NCBI GenBank assembly: GCA_028824685.1
Contig: JAPPCZ010000055.1
Location: forward strand, 4,673-68,672
Source of the DNA: Candidatus Poribacteria bacterium
GTDB taxonomy: Bacteria > Poribacteria > WGA-4E > WGA-3G
Length of the DNA: 64,000 bases
Direction of reading: 5' to 3'
The translations under genes and the position numbers were made by a program. Below, one piece after another: positions 1-8,956 of the stretch. The notes under the pieces were generated by a model. The model saw only the letters and a program-made list of their open reading frames with translations. It did not search any database and had not been told where the DNA came from. Position 1 is the stretch's first letter. Each line of letters opens with the position of its first letter.

Positions 1-2
1 GA

Positions 3-1364
3 TTGCGAAGGCCATATGCCATCGCCATCGCCAGTCTTTCTCCAGTTAATCCCGCAAAGGAAACGCCTTCCGTCACCGACGATGTCAACGCTGTCCCAGG
101 TTTAGTGGCATACTACCCCTTTGACGGGAACTCAGAAGACACCTCTGGAAATGGAAACCACGGTGAAATCGTAGGTACAACCAGCTATATTGATGGTAAA
201 TTTGGGGATGCGTTAGCACTTGATGGAGATGGCTATGTTGAAATGCAAACCTCAGACTCGCTCCACGGTGACTTTTTCAAAAGGGATCCGTTCTCACTTG
301 CTGTTTGGGTTTATCGGGGAACAGGATATTACGAACACGTCTGGCGGAGTTTACCGATAGAATCCGGCCATAACACCTTGTTCATTTTTCCTCAAGAAGG
401 AATCATCTCTTGGCGCGGATTTGTTGATGGCGTATGGTCATGGGACAATCTCTGTGAGACTGACCCTGGTGTTTTTGAAACGGATACATGGTTACACATA
501 GCCGTCACAAACGATGGTGAAAAATTTAGGATTTATGCTGATGGTGTGAAGGTCGCTGAGACAGATTTTCAAGAAACGGATGGTGGGAACGCCACTTACC
601 GCATTGGTGATTTTGCAAAACATTTAACAGTAGACGATTACGCCGTCTTCTCCAAGGCATTGAGCGAAGAAGAAATCAATTTGATAATGAATACAGGGGT
701 TGCACATTTCTTAAAGACGACACAATCGGAAGATATTGTAGATTTAGGAGTCCCTGAGGATGTCAATGGCGATGGCGTTGTCAACATCCAAGACCTCGTC
801 GCCGTCGCAGCGGCACTCGGAAAACCTGGCGAAAATAATGCGGATGTCAATGGTGATGGTGAGGTCAATATTCAAGACCTCGTCGCCGTCGCAGCGGCAC
901 TCGGAAAAGTCCCAGCAGCACCTTCTATTATCCGTGATCAAGCCGCAGGACAACTGACCTCTGCAGACGTGCAGCACTGGCTCACACAAGCACAACAAGC
1001 AGACCTCACAGATGCAACTTCCGTAAAAGGGATCGTATTCTTGGAGCAGCTGCTGGCAGCGTTAACCCCAAAAAAGACTTCACTCTTGGCAAACTATCCA
1101 AACCCGTTCAATCCGGAAACGTGGATACCGTATCAGTTGGCAAAGGCTGCTGATGTGACGGTGACTATCTATGGAGTGGATGGCACAGTGGTACGCACTA
1201 TAACGGTGGGACACCGACCTGTCGGTATCTATGAGAATCGTACACGGGCTGCACATTGGGATGGCAGAAACGCACACGGCGAACCTGTGGCAAGTGGTGT
1301 GTATTTCTATACACTAAAAGCAGGCGATTTTTCTGCTACACGCAAAATGCTGATTCGGAAATAA
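3..1364 (+). CDS. Secreted LamG/concanavalin-like domain protein (5' truncated by the window edge) with two dockerin-type repeats and a T9SS (Por) C-terminal sorting domain
   Basis: N-terminal LVAYYPFDGNSEDTSGNGNHGEIVG...GKFGDALALDGDGYVEM matches the LamG_3 jelly-roll signature. DVNGDGVVNIQDLVAVAAALG occurs twice (dockerin-like Ca-binding repeat, 20 of 21 residues identical). C-terminal NYPNPFNPETWIPYQL...IYGVDGTVVRTI...WDGRNAHGEPVASGVYFYTLKAG matches the Por_Secre_tail (TIGR04183) pattern. The ORF is open at position 3. Confidence 0.7.
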   Translation: MRRPYAIAIASLSPVNPAKETPSVTDDVNAVPGLVAYYPFDGNSEDTSGNGNHGEIVGTTSYIDGKFGDALALDGDGYVEMQTSDSLHGDFFKRDPFSLAVWVYRGTGYYEHVWRSLPIESGHNTLFIFPQEGIISWRGFVDGVWSWDNLCETDPGVFETDTWLHIAVTNDGEKFRIYADGVKVAETDFQETDGGNATYRIGDFAKHLTVDDYAVFSKALSEEEINLIMNTGVAHFLKTTQSEDIVDLGVPEDVNGDGVVNIQDLVAVAAALGKPGENNADVNGDGEVNIQDLVAVAAALGKVPAAPSIIRDQAAGQLTSADVQHWLTQAQQADLTDATSVKGIVFLEQLLAALTPKKTSLLANYPNPFNPETWIPYQLAKAADVTVTIYGVDGTVVRTITVGHRPVGIYENRTRAAHWDGRNAHGEPVASGVYFYTLKAGDFSATRKMLIRK

Positions 1365-1440
1365 TATTTCACTGCATGGTATGGATTTTGTACTGTGCCA
1401 TACATCCTGTAATGGTTATTTATGAAAGGAGAATTTCACG

Positions 1441-2508
1441 ATGAAAATGAAAAAAACATTGACATTATTTATACTGTTCAGCTTTCTTTCCCTAAACGCT
1501 TTTGCTCAAGTCCAATTGGAAGGGACTCCAGAAGACTTATACACTTTCGCGTTAAGTCCGGATGGTGAAACACTGGCAGGTTGTAATTTCGATGGCACTA
1601 TACATTTGTGGGATACCGCCACAGGAACAGAGAAAGATGTCTTCATAAGCGAGTTCCGCATAGGTGCTAGTGGCGTTCTTACTTTTAGTCCTGATGGCAC
1701 GCTGCTTGCAAGTGGTTCTGAGCAGAGTAGGACGACTTTGTGGGATGTCGCTACCGGAAAAGCAAAATTCGTATTCGAACATGTTGATGCAAACACGATC
1801 TCAAGCATATCTTTCAGTCCAGATGGAACCACGTTGGCAAGTTGTGCTGCCGGAAGATGGGGAACCCGTTCTACGTTTGTATATTTATGGGATGTTGAGA
1901 CGGGAGAGAAGAAATCTGAAATAGAATTACCTGATTTCCCTACGTGTAGTACATATAGTCCAGATGGAACTACTTTGGCAATTGGAACTCTTGGTGAAGA
2001 CGTTTATTTATGGGATATCCACGAAAACATCGAAATAGCAAGACTTAGTACTCGTCTTTTTGATTTTGGTGTCAGGTATGTAGAGTTCAGTCCAGATGGA
2101 ACTACTTTGGCCGCTGGTGGTCATCGCAACAGACAGCTAATAACGTTGTGGGATGTTGTTACAAGAGAAGAAACAGGTCATCTATTCGGGTATTATGGTA
2201 TTGGATGGATCTACGCTTTTGCGTTTAGCCCAGACGGTATGATATTAGCAGGTCCTGGTAGGGATGGGTTTTATTTGTGGAATGTTTCCAACGAGGAAAG
2301 AAGAAAAATCTGTGAACCACCTATGTTTGCTGGGGTTAGTTCAAACGGCACAATCTATGCTGTTGAAAATCAATATGCGATAATAGATGAACACTGGGTG
2401 CCTGATGTATACTTCCTATGGACTATATCGCCTGAAAACGTTCCTATGGAAGTTGCCGCCCACGACAAGTTAACGACAAGTTGGGGGCAAATCAAGCAGG
2501 AACAATAG
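1441..2508 (+). CDS. Secreted WD40/PD40-like beta-propeller repeat protein with C-terminal KLTTSWGQIK tail
   Basis: Signal peptide MKMKKTLTLFILFSFLSLNAFAQVQ. Repeated FSPDGTxLAsg...LWDvxTG blocks typical of WD40/PD40 blades. Strong RBS aaaggagaa upstream. C-terminal tail motif shared with five other proteins in this window. Confidence 0.65.
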   Translation: MKMKKTLTLFILFSFLSLNAFAQVQLEGTPEDLYTFALSPDGETLAGCNFDGTIHLWDTATGTEKDVFISEFRIGASGVLTFSPDGTLLASGSEQSRTTLWDVATGKAKFVFEHVDANTISSISFSPDGTTLASCAAGRWGTRSTFVYLWDVETGEKKSEIELPDFPTCSTYSPDGTTLAIGTLGEDVYLWDIHENIEIARLSTRLFDFGVRYVEFSPDGTTLAAGGHRNRQLITLWDVVTREETGHLFGYYGIGWIYAFAFSPDGMILAGPGRDGFYLWNVSNEERRKICEPPMFAGVSSNGTIYAVENQYAIIDEHWVPDVYFLWTISPENVPMEVAAHDKLTTSWGQIKQEQ

Positions 2509-2630
2509 TCTGATATAGGACAGACACAATTCCTTGTGGGTGCCGTTGGGAAACCAGTGCAAGTCCATTAATATTGAACGACAACAGGTTTCCGACAAAT
2601 TTTCAAAATTTATAGAAGGACATTATCATC

Positions 2631-3260
2631 ATGTTTTTACGAAGAATCATCGAATGGATTAATTCATTGGAGGCAGGTCATCATTTCCGAAAACAGGCAT
2701 CATTTTTTGTCAAAATATCGGGCGTGTTTATTTTGATTGCCTCCTTCGTGTTAGGAATCGTCTTTTTAGTAGTCGCGCTGATGTTTACGAGAACTTCAAG
2801 CGTTGGTGCACAGGCTTTCGTCATCATTGGAACAGTTATCGGTCTTGTCATCATCGGTATCGTTGGCACAACTCTAACGATGCTGTTTTGGAATAGAGCC
2901 AAAAAAATCGTATCAGCTGGTGAAGAATCCCATCTCATATTTGGTCCTATTGCTGGGATCGTCATCCGTCTTTCTGGCGAAGCCGCCTTCATCGGGTTCA
3001 TCGGGGGCGGACTTCTATGCCTTGTTTGTTCAATCTTCGGTGCCGCCGCGTTCGGATGGCTCGCCCTCATTTCGCTCGTTTTTGCTTTCCTCTTGCCGCT
3101 CATAGCAGTAGTAAGTTTGCAATTTTCTTATCTCATCTCGGAATACGCCAGTTTGATCGGGGATATCGCAACGAATATCAAGAAGATAGAGACAGCCTTG
3201 TCAACCGATGCAACTGCTGCCCCAACATCCGAAACGGTAGCATCAGAAAAAGATTTATAA
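2631..3260 (+). CDS. Hypothetical integral membrane protein (several predicted TM helices)
   Basis: 209-aa ORF with long hydrophobic stretches (VFILIASFVLGIVFLVVALMF, VIIGTVIGLVIIGIVGTTL, LALISLVFAFLLPLIAVV). No recognisable family. Confidence 0.4.
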   Translation: MFLRRIIEWINSLEAGHHFRKQASFFVKISGVFILIASFVLGIVFLVVALMFTRTSSVGAQAFVIIGTVIGLVIIGIVGTTLTMLFWNRAKKIVSAGEESHLIFGPIAGIVIRLSGEAAFIGFIGGGLLCLVCSIFGAAAFGWLALISLVFAFLLPLIAVVSLQFSYLISEYASLIGDIATNIKKIETALSTDATAAPTSETVASEKDL

Positions 3261-3323
3261 AAAAGTAAAGCACTCGCGTATACCGCTGGACAAATGTATT
3301 GAAATCAAAAGGAGACAATTTTT

Positions 3324-4439
3324 ATGAAATCTCATGTCAATCTATTTTTCCTTATATATTTTGGTATCGCATCCGTTTTTCTCATAAATATAATTGGCTG
3401 TGATACAGAAGATGAAATAGAGGAAACCCCAATCAAGTTTGTTGAGGCGACTCCCGTAGACGGTAGCACTATCCAAACAAATTCGCAGATAATCGTCACC
3501 TTCGACGGTACTCCGATAGACCTAAGCGTAACAGGAGCGGAATTTTCAGTTTCCGATACCAATGTAACAATAATTGGTCCGTTTACCCCTGGCACGTTAA
3601 AACTTGAACTCGCGTGGTCAGATGGTGAGATAACACTTACCTATACAGTTGAAATTCCGCCGCCTCCCAAAGATATGGTGCTTATCCCCGCAGGCGAATT
3701 TGAGATGGGGCATCACCACAATGAGGAGGATCCGAGAATAAATGATCTTTTCTCCTCTGCACGTCCTGTTCACACCGTTTATGTTGATGCTTTTTACATG
3801 GACAAATATGAGGTGACAATGGCACAATTTGTTGAGTTCCTCAATGCTGTGGGGAAACCTGCACACGCTGGACACTTATTGATAAATGAACATAGCGTAG
3901 CACACTTACTTGATGATGGTGCCTACCGTATCGTCGATGGGGCAGAAAATTTTGCTATGGGGGGTGTGACGTGGTACGGCGCGATGGCTTACGCAATATG
4001 GGCAGGGAAACGTTTGCCAACGGAAGCCGAATGGGAGAAAGCCGCACGCGGAGGTTTGGAAGGTTTACGCTATCCATGGGGCAACGACTATGATACCAAT
4101 TATGTAGATAACCGGATATCATCAGTTATTGGAGAATTCCCACCGAATGGTTACGGGTTATATGATATGGTTGGTAATGTGCAAGAGTGGTGTCTGGACG
4201 AGTACGATTCAAACTTCTATGCAAATTCTCCGACCCATAATCCGTTAGCTGGTGATGTCAGTGTGACGTGGTTAATAGATAATTTTACAGAAATCTACAC
4301 GCATCGCGTCTTGCGAGGCGGATCCGGTTGGGGCCATGTAAAATACTGGCAAACGGTTTCCCATCGATACGGAGGATTGCCTCCTACCCATACTGATCCT
4401 GTTAACGGTTTTCGTTGTGTGAAGGAAATATCGCCTTAA
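3324..4439 (+). CDS. Formylglycine-generating enzyme (FGE/SUMF1) sulfatase-modifying domain protein with N-terminal Ig-like domain
   Basis: RBS aaaggagac. Signal peptide or lipoprotein-like N-terminus. FGE-sulfatase hallmarks: MVLIPAGEFEMG, VYVDAFYMDKYEVT, GVTWYGAMAYAIWAGKRLPTEAEWEKAARGG, NGYGLYDMVGNVQEWCLDEY, RVLRGGSW-like RGGSGWG. Confidence 0.8.
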   Translation: MKSHVNLFFLIYFGIASVFLINIIGCDTEDEIEETPIKFVEATPVDGSTIQTNSQIIVTFDGTPIDLSVTGAEFSVSDTNVTIIGPFTPGTLKLELAWSDGEITLTYTVEIPPPPKDMVLIPAGEFEMGHHHNEEDPRINDLFSSARPVHTVYVDAFYMDKYEVTMAQFVEFLNAVGKPAHAGHLLINEHSVAHLLDDGAYRIVDGAENFAMGGVTWYGAMAYAIWAGKRLPTEAEWEKAARGGLEGLRYPWGNDYDTNYVDNRISSVIGEFPPNGYGLYDMVGNVQEWCLDEYDSNFYANSPTHNPLAGDVSVTWLIDNFTEIYTHRVLRGGSGWGHVKYWQTVSHRYGGLPPTHTDPVNGFRCVKEISP

Positions 4440-4857
4440 TCTTCACGCTTTTACCTTTCTCATTCCAAATCGTGGTTTCCCATAGAAGCAACGAAACTCC
4501 TTTTACACTTTCAAGTGAAATCACTAACGAAGGTATGATACCAAACTAACTCAATCCCACTGGTAGGCTCCGAATCATGCTGAATGCCATACGCGCAATC
4601 AGCCAAGCCGCATTTGGCGTTGATTTGGTGCTTTTCAGCATGCCTAATGCTAAAAATAAGATAAATCCGTTTATTTAGCATGAATTGCAAACTATGGCAA
4701 AAGCATATTGATTGAAATTAATCCCATTGATTTATGCATACAATTCATTTTTAATTGGCATTCCTCTCAAAATTGTGTAAAATTAAATCGTAAACAACTT
4801 ATAAAAAAAGACGTTAAGTCTATTATAGTGAATTATAGAATATGTTGACACATCTTC

Positions 4858-4923
4858 TGTAGGAGCGATCTCCGAATCGTGATTAAATACTTTGATAGTC
4901 GGGAATCGGAGTTTCTTCCTACA
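4858..4923. repeat. Palindromic dispersed repeat, family 1 (tgtaggagcgatctccgaatcg ... cgggaatcggag..tcctaca), copy A
   Basis: Inverted-repeat arms tgtaggagcgatctccgaatcg and cgggaatcggagtttcttcctaca. The same element recurs at 28070-28126, and variant forms at 14193-14234, 31898-31923 and 32013-32076. Confidence 0.7.
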
Positions 4924-5005
4924 AATCAAACTGTCAAATTAATTGTAAATTCCACTATAGCAATTCTTGGAACTTACACAAATGAAAATGTGAGAGTAAC
5001 CCACA

Positions 5006-6793
5006 ATGCCAGAATCCAATCAACCCGTAGACTATTTAGAACGGCTTCGTCATTCTACCGCACACATTATGGCGTATGCCGTGCAACAACTGTTTCCTGA
5101 CGGTGAACATACCGTCAAACTTGCAATCGGTCCTCCAATAGAAAACGAATTCTATTACGATATGGAGGTGCCGCGTCCAATTACGCCTGACGATTTTCCT
5201 GAAATCGAAAAGCACATGAAGGCGATGATTAAAGCCAATGTGCCTTTTGTACAGGAAACTTGGACTTTTGAACAAGCACGTGAGTGGTTTGCTGAACGCA
5301 ACCAAACATTTAAACTTGAATTAATAGATGGTATTTCTGACCGCGAAGTCAGCGCGTCTGATGAAGGCGTTGCTGACGAAGGTGTCTCTATTTATCACAA
5401 CGGAGATTTTACTGATCTTTGTAAGGGACCGCATATTGAAAAAACAGGTGAATGCAGACATTTCAAGCTGCTCCGTGTTTCAGGTGCGTATTGGCGTGGT
5501 GATAGCAATCGTGAGCAGTTACAGCGGATATACGGCACAGCGTGGGAAACAAAAAACGACCTACAGGCATATCTGAAACAACGTGAAGAGGCAGCAAAAC
5601 GTGACCATCGGAAATTGGGACGCGAATTGGAACTTTTTCAGATGCACCCCGAATCTCCGGGTAGTGTGTTTTGGCTTCCAAAAGGTGCGTTTATTTACAA
5701 TCATTTGTCCGAAAAAGTGAGAAAACTCTATCTCAGTGAAGGTTACCAAGAGGTTCGGACACCGCTCATCTATGATAGCAGTTTATGGGAAACTTCGGGA
5801 CATTGGGAGCACTTCAAAGACGATATGTTCCTGATTGAAAATGAAGAAGGCGATCCAACGAGTGCGCTGAAACCGATGAATTGTCCGGCACACATGTTAA
5901 TTTATAAAAGCGTACGCCACAGCTATCGTGATTTACCATATCGGTTATATGACCAAGGTGTGTTGCATCGGAATGAAGCAACAGGAACGTTGAGCGGTTT
6001 ATCTCGTGTTCGTCAATTGTGTCAAGACGATGCACACAATTTCGTTACCGAAGACCAAATTGCAGATGAATATGAACGCATCCTTGGGCTTTTCCAACGT
6101 ATCTACGGCACATTTGATCTGCCGTTCCGATGCGATTTCAGCACACGCAATCCTGATAAATTTATGGGGGATGTAGATGTCTGGAATCGTGCTGAAGATA
6201 TACTTGAATCGGTGTTAAAAAACAATCAGATTGAGTACACTGTAGACCCAGGAGAGGCAGCGTTTTATGGACCAAAACTTGATTTTCAGGTTCGGGACTC
6301 GCTCAACCGAGATGTGCAATGTGCTACTGTCCAACTCGATTTTCAGTTACCCGAACGGTTTGACTTAATTTACATTGCTCCTGATGGTTCTGAAAAGAGA
6401 CCTGTAGTTATCCATCGTGCGATTTGTGGGAGTTTTGAAAGGTTCATTGCTATGCTCATTGAGCATTATGCGGGTGCTTTCCCCACATGGCTTTCCCCTA
6501 TTCAATGTGTTGTTATGACAATCAGTCAAAAATTCGTAGATTACGCGACAGAAATTCAGCAGATTTTGTTACAGAAAAACTGCCGTGTTGTGTTAGATAA
6601 TAGTGATCATAAAATTGGAGCGAAAATACGTCAAGCCCGTTTGCAACGGGTGCCGTATATGTTAATCATTGGTGAACGTGAACAACAAAATCGAACTGTC
6701 AGTGTCCGAAGCCGTGATGAAGGAGACATCGGTGCAATGCCGCTCGATAGTTTCGTTGACAGAATTGTTCGTGAAGCTGATTTAGATTTCTAA
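5006..6793 (+). CDS. thrS: Threonine--tRNA ligase (ThrRS), short form lacking the N-terminal TGS domain
   Basis: Class II aaRS motifs and the ThrRS-specific catalytic core (RDHRKLGRELELF, KPMNCPAHMLIYK, RDLPYRLYDQGVLHRNE, RVRQLCQDDAHNF). The N-terminal editing-domain start RLRHSTAHIMAYA begins right after the Met. An in-frame stop at 4997-4999 precludes an upstream TGS domain. Confidence 0.9.
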   Translation: MPESNQPVDYLERLRHSTAHIMAYAVQQLFPDGEHTVKLAIGPPIENEFYYDMEVPRPITPDDFPEIEKHMKAMIKANVPFVQETWTFEQAREWFAERNQTFKLELIDGISDREVSASDEGVADEGVSIYHNGDFTDLCKGPHIEKTGECRHFKLLRVSGAYWRGDSNREQLQRIYGTAWETKNDLQAYLKQREEAAKRDHRKLGRELELFQMHPESPGSVFWLPKGAFIYNHLSEKVRKLYLSEGYQEVRTPLIYDSSLWETSGHWEHFKDDMFLIENEEGDPTSALKPMNCPAHMLIYKSVRHSYRDLPYRLYDQGVLHRNEATGTLSGLSRVRQLCQDDAHNFVTEDQIADEYERILGLFQRIYGTFDLPFRCDFSTRNPDKFMGDVDVWNRAEDILESVLKNNQIEYTVDPGEAAFYGPKLDFQVRDSLNRDVQCATVQLDFQLPERFDLIYIAPDGSEKRPVVIHRAICGSFERFIAMLIEHYAGAFPTWLSPIQCVVMTISQKFVDYATEIQQILLQKNCRVVLDNSDHKIGAKIRQARLQRVPYMLIIGEREQQNRTVSVRSRDEGDIGAMPLDSFVDRIVREADLDF

Positions 6794-6884
6794 TAAATAT
6801 ATTATTTATTGATGCAGGTTACTCGCCTGCTGTAGGAGTAGATGATTTATCTACTCCTAAAAAAACATTAAAAGGAGTAATGAA

Positions 6885-7487
6885 ATGTATAAAGTATTGT
6901 CTTGCCTAATGCTGATCGGGATTATCATATTCAGCGGGTGTGGTCCCTCCAAACAGGTTACCCGTATTGATAGCGATACCGTCGTTGACCTCTCAGGTAG
7001 ATGGAACGATACAGATTCCCGTATGGTCGCTGAAAATATGATTGCTGACTGTTTAAGCCACATTTGGATTAACAATCACAATAAGTCATCTGGTGAAAGA
7101 CCCGTTGTGATTGTAGGTGGAATCCGTAATAAGAGTACAGAACATATCCCCACACAAACGTTCATCGGTGATATTGAACGAGCATTCGTCAATTCGGGAA
7201 AGGTTGAGGTTGTTGCCAGTAGTAGCGAACGTAGTGAACTTCGAGAGGAACGTGCGGATCAGAGTGAAAACGCAGCCATTGAAACTATCAAACAGATGGG
7301 GCGTGAAGAGGGTGCTGATTACATGTTGACAGGCGAAATCAATACCATTGAGGATCGCGAAGGTGGAAAACAAATCGTGTTTTATCAGACTGATCTCACA
7401 TTGACAAATATTGAAAGCAATATAAAAGTTTGGATCGGGGAGAAAGAAATTAAAAAGTTTATTGGTAAAGGCAAGTTCAAATTGTAA
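6885..7487 (+). CDS. Lipoprotein, LpoB-like (penicillin-binding protein activator LpoB/COG3417-like) candidate
   Basis: Lipobox LIGIIIFSGC. About 200 aa. Central region VVIVGGIRNKS...FIGDIERAFVNSGKVEVVAS and C-terminal GADYMLTGEIN resemble the LpoB family pattern. RBS aaaggagtaa. The assignment is from memory, not alignment. Confidence 0.4.
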   Translation: MYKVLSCLMLIGIIIFSGCGPSKQVTRIDSDTVVDLSGRWNDTDSRMVAENMIADCLSHIWINNHNKSSGERPVVIVGGIRNKSTEHIPTQTFIGDIERAFVNSGKVEVVASSSERSELREERADQSENAAIETIKQMGREEGADYMLTGEINTIEDREGGKQIVFYQTDLTLTNIESNIKVWIGEKEIKKFIGKGKFKL

Positions 7488-7568
7488 ATCTTTTTGTATG
7501 AACTTTCCTGTTGAAGTATCGGGCGGGTGCGTATGCCCGCCCATTATAATTTAAAAACCTGAAATACA

Positions 7569-8912
7569 ATGACCAAAATTTATTCTTTTCTATTTATTAT
7601 TTTTTTAGCAACAGGGTGCGCTGGCTATAAGTTTCAAGATGTTAAAACCGACTTGGAAACAGGTAAGCCAGCAGATGCCTACAACTATCTTAAAAAACAT
7701 GCACCGAAAAAATCGGATATTCCACATCATTATGAATTGGGATTGACTTCTCATTACGCGAACTTATTTCCAGAAAGCAGTAAAGCATTTGAACAAGCAG
7801 AAATGATCGCAGAGGATCGCTTCACCAAAAGTGTTTCAAAAGAGGCTTTATCGCTTATTACCACTGATAAACTCCGCCCTTATGCTGGCACCCAATACGA
7901 GAGGTTGTTGAGTCACTATTACCATGCCCTAAACTATTTCTATCTGAATAAGTTGGACGATGCGTTGGTAGAATGCCGCCGTGCTACCAATTTAATTCAA
8001 TATTTCAAAGGTGAAGATAACGAATATAATTACTTTGGAACAGGATTTTTGGCGTGCTTTTCTGGCATGGTATTTGAAGCAGCGGGAGAGTGGAATGATG
8101 CTTTTATATCATATAGGCAGGCAGAAGAATACTATAAAAATGCTGCAAAGATAACTGGTGTACCAATGCCTAAAGATGTTGGTCATTCTTTGGTGCGTCT
8201 ATCACGCAAACTCGGTTTTACTGAGGAATATGAGCGTTACCGAAAACAATATAACGAGCCGTCACGAATTCCTGAAAACCATGGCGAGTTGATCCTCTTT
8301 TATGAAACAGGTTATGTCCCACGTAAACGCGAGGAGACCTTAACCTTTCCTATCCTCAAAACCGATAAAGTTGACAAAGATAATGCCAGTGAGTTTGCTG
8401 TCACGCTTAGAACACGCGAAGGGTTAGTTGTTGAGGAAATAAAATTGGAATATCTTTTACACGTGGCAGTGCCAGTAATGCGTTCCAATCGTCCACAGTT
8501 CGCTGGGATTCGAGTTTCTGCTGGAGAAGAGATAGCCGATGGTGTGTTAATAGAAGATATTGAGACCATCGCAATTGAAACACTTGAAGCTGAACGTCCT
8601 ATAACCCTTATTCGAACTTTAGTGCGTGCCATACTAAAATACTTAACATTCCGTGAAGCAAAGAAGCAAAATAAGGTTTTAGGAGCAGTTGTTAATCTCG
8701 CGGGTGTGCTGACTGAAAGTGCGGATACACGTTCATGGCAAACACTGCCAAATCAGATTTTCATGGTGCGGATGTCACTGCCTGCTGGTACTCACAAGGT
8801 CAATCTCTCTTTTTTAAATGCTAACAGAAATATTAGAAAAAGTGAGACTTTACAAGAAATTAAAGTTTCTTCAAATCAGATTTCGTTTCTCAATTACCGA
8901 ACATATAGATGA
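7569..8912 (+). CDS. Hypothetical lipoprotein (447 aa, TPR-like N-terminal region), possibly COG3014-like partner of the preceding lipoprotein
   Basis: Lipobox FLATGC. Sits directly downstream of the LpoB-like gene on the same strand. No catalytic motifs recognised. Confidence 0.35.
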   Translation: MTKIYSFLFIIFLATGCAGYKFQDVKTDLETGKPADAYNYLKKHAPKKSDIPHHYELGLTSHYANLFPESSKAFEQAEMIAEDRFTKSVSKEALSLITTDKLRPYAGTQYERLLSHYYHALNYFYLNKLDDALVECRRATNLIQYFKGEDNEYNYFGTGFLACFSGMVFEAAGEWNDAFISYRQAEEYYKNAAKITGVPMPKDVGHSLVRLSRKLGFTEEYERYRKQYNEPSRIPENHGELILFYETGYVPRKREETLTFPILKTDKVDKDNASEFAVTLRTREGLVVEEIKLEYLLHVAVPVMRSNRPQFAGIRVSAGEEIADGVLIEDIETIAIETLEAERPITLIRTLVRAILKYLTFREAKKQNKVLGAVVNLAGVLTESADTRSWQTLPNQIFMVRMSLPAGTHKVNLSFLNANRNIRKSETLQEIKVSSNQISFLNYRTYR

Positions 8913-8956
8913 ACCTATCTTAATAACAGAAATCTAATCTCAATAGAACGAAAGAC

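Noticed and set aside
638-998. Antisense and alternative-frame ORFs (638-868, 744-998, 760-957) inside the first gene
   Set aside because: They lie entirely within the duplicated dockerin-repeat DNA of the well-supported LamG/T9SS ORF. Their repetitive amino-acid content simply mirrors the DNA repeat; no independent start or RBS evidence.
4879-5100. 73-aa ORF overlapping the thrS start
   Set aside because: It begins inside the family-1 palindromic repeat and overlaps the ThrRS N-terminus in another frame. AT-rich leader sequence, no RBS.
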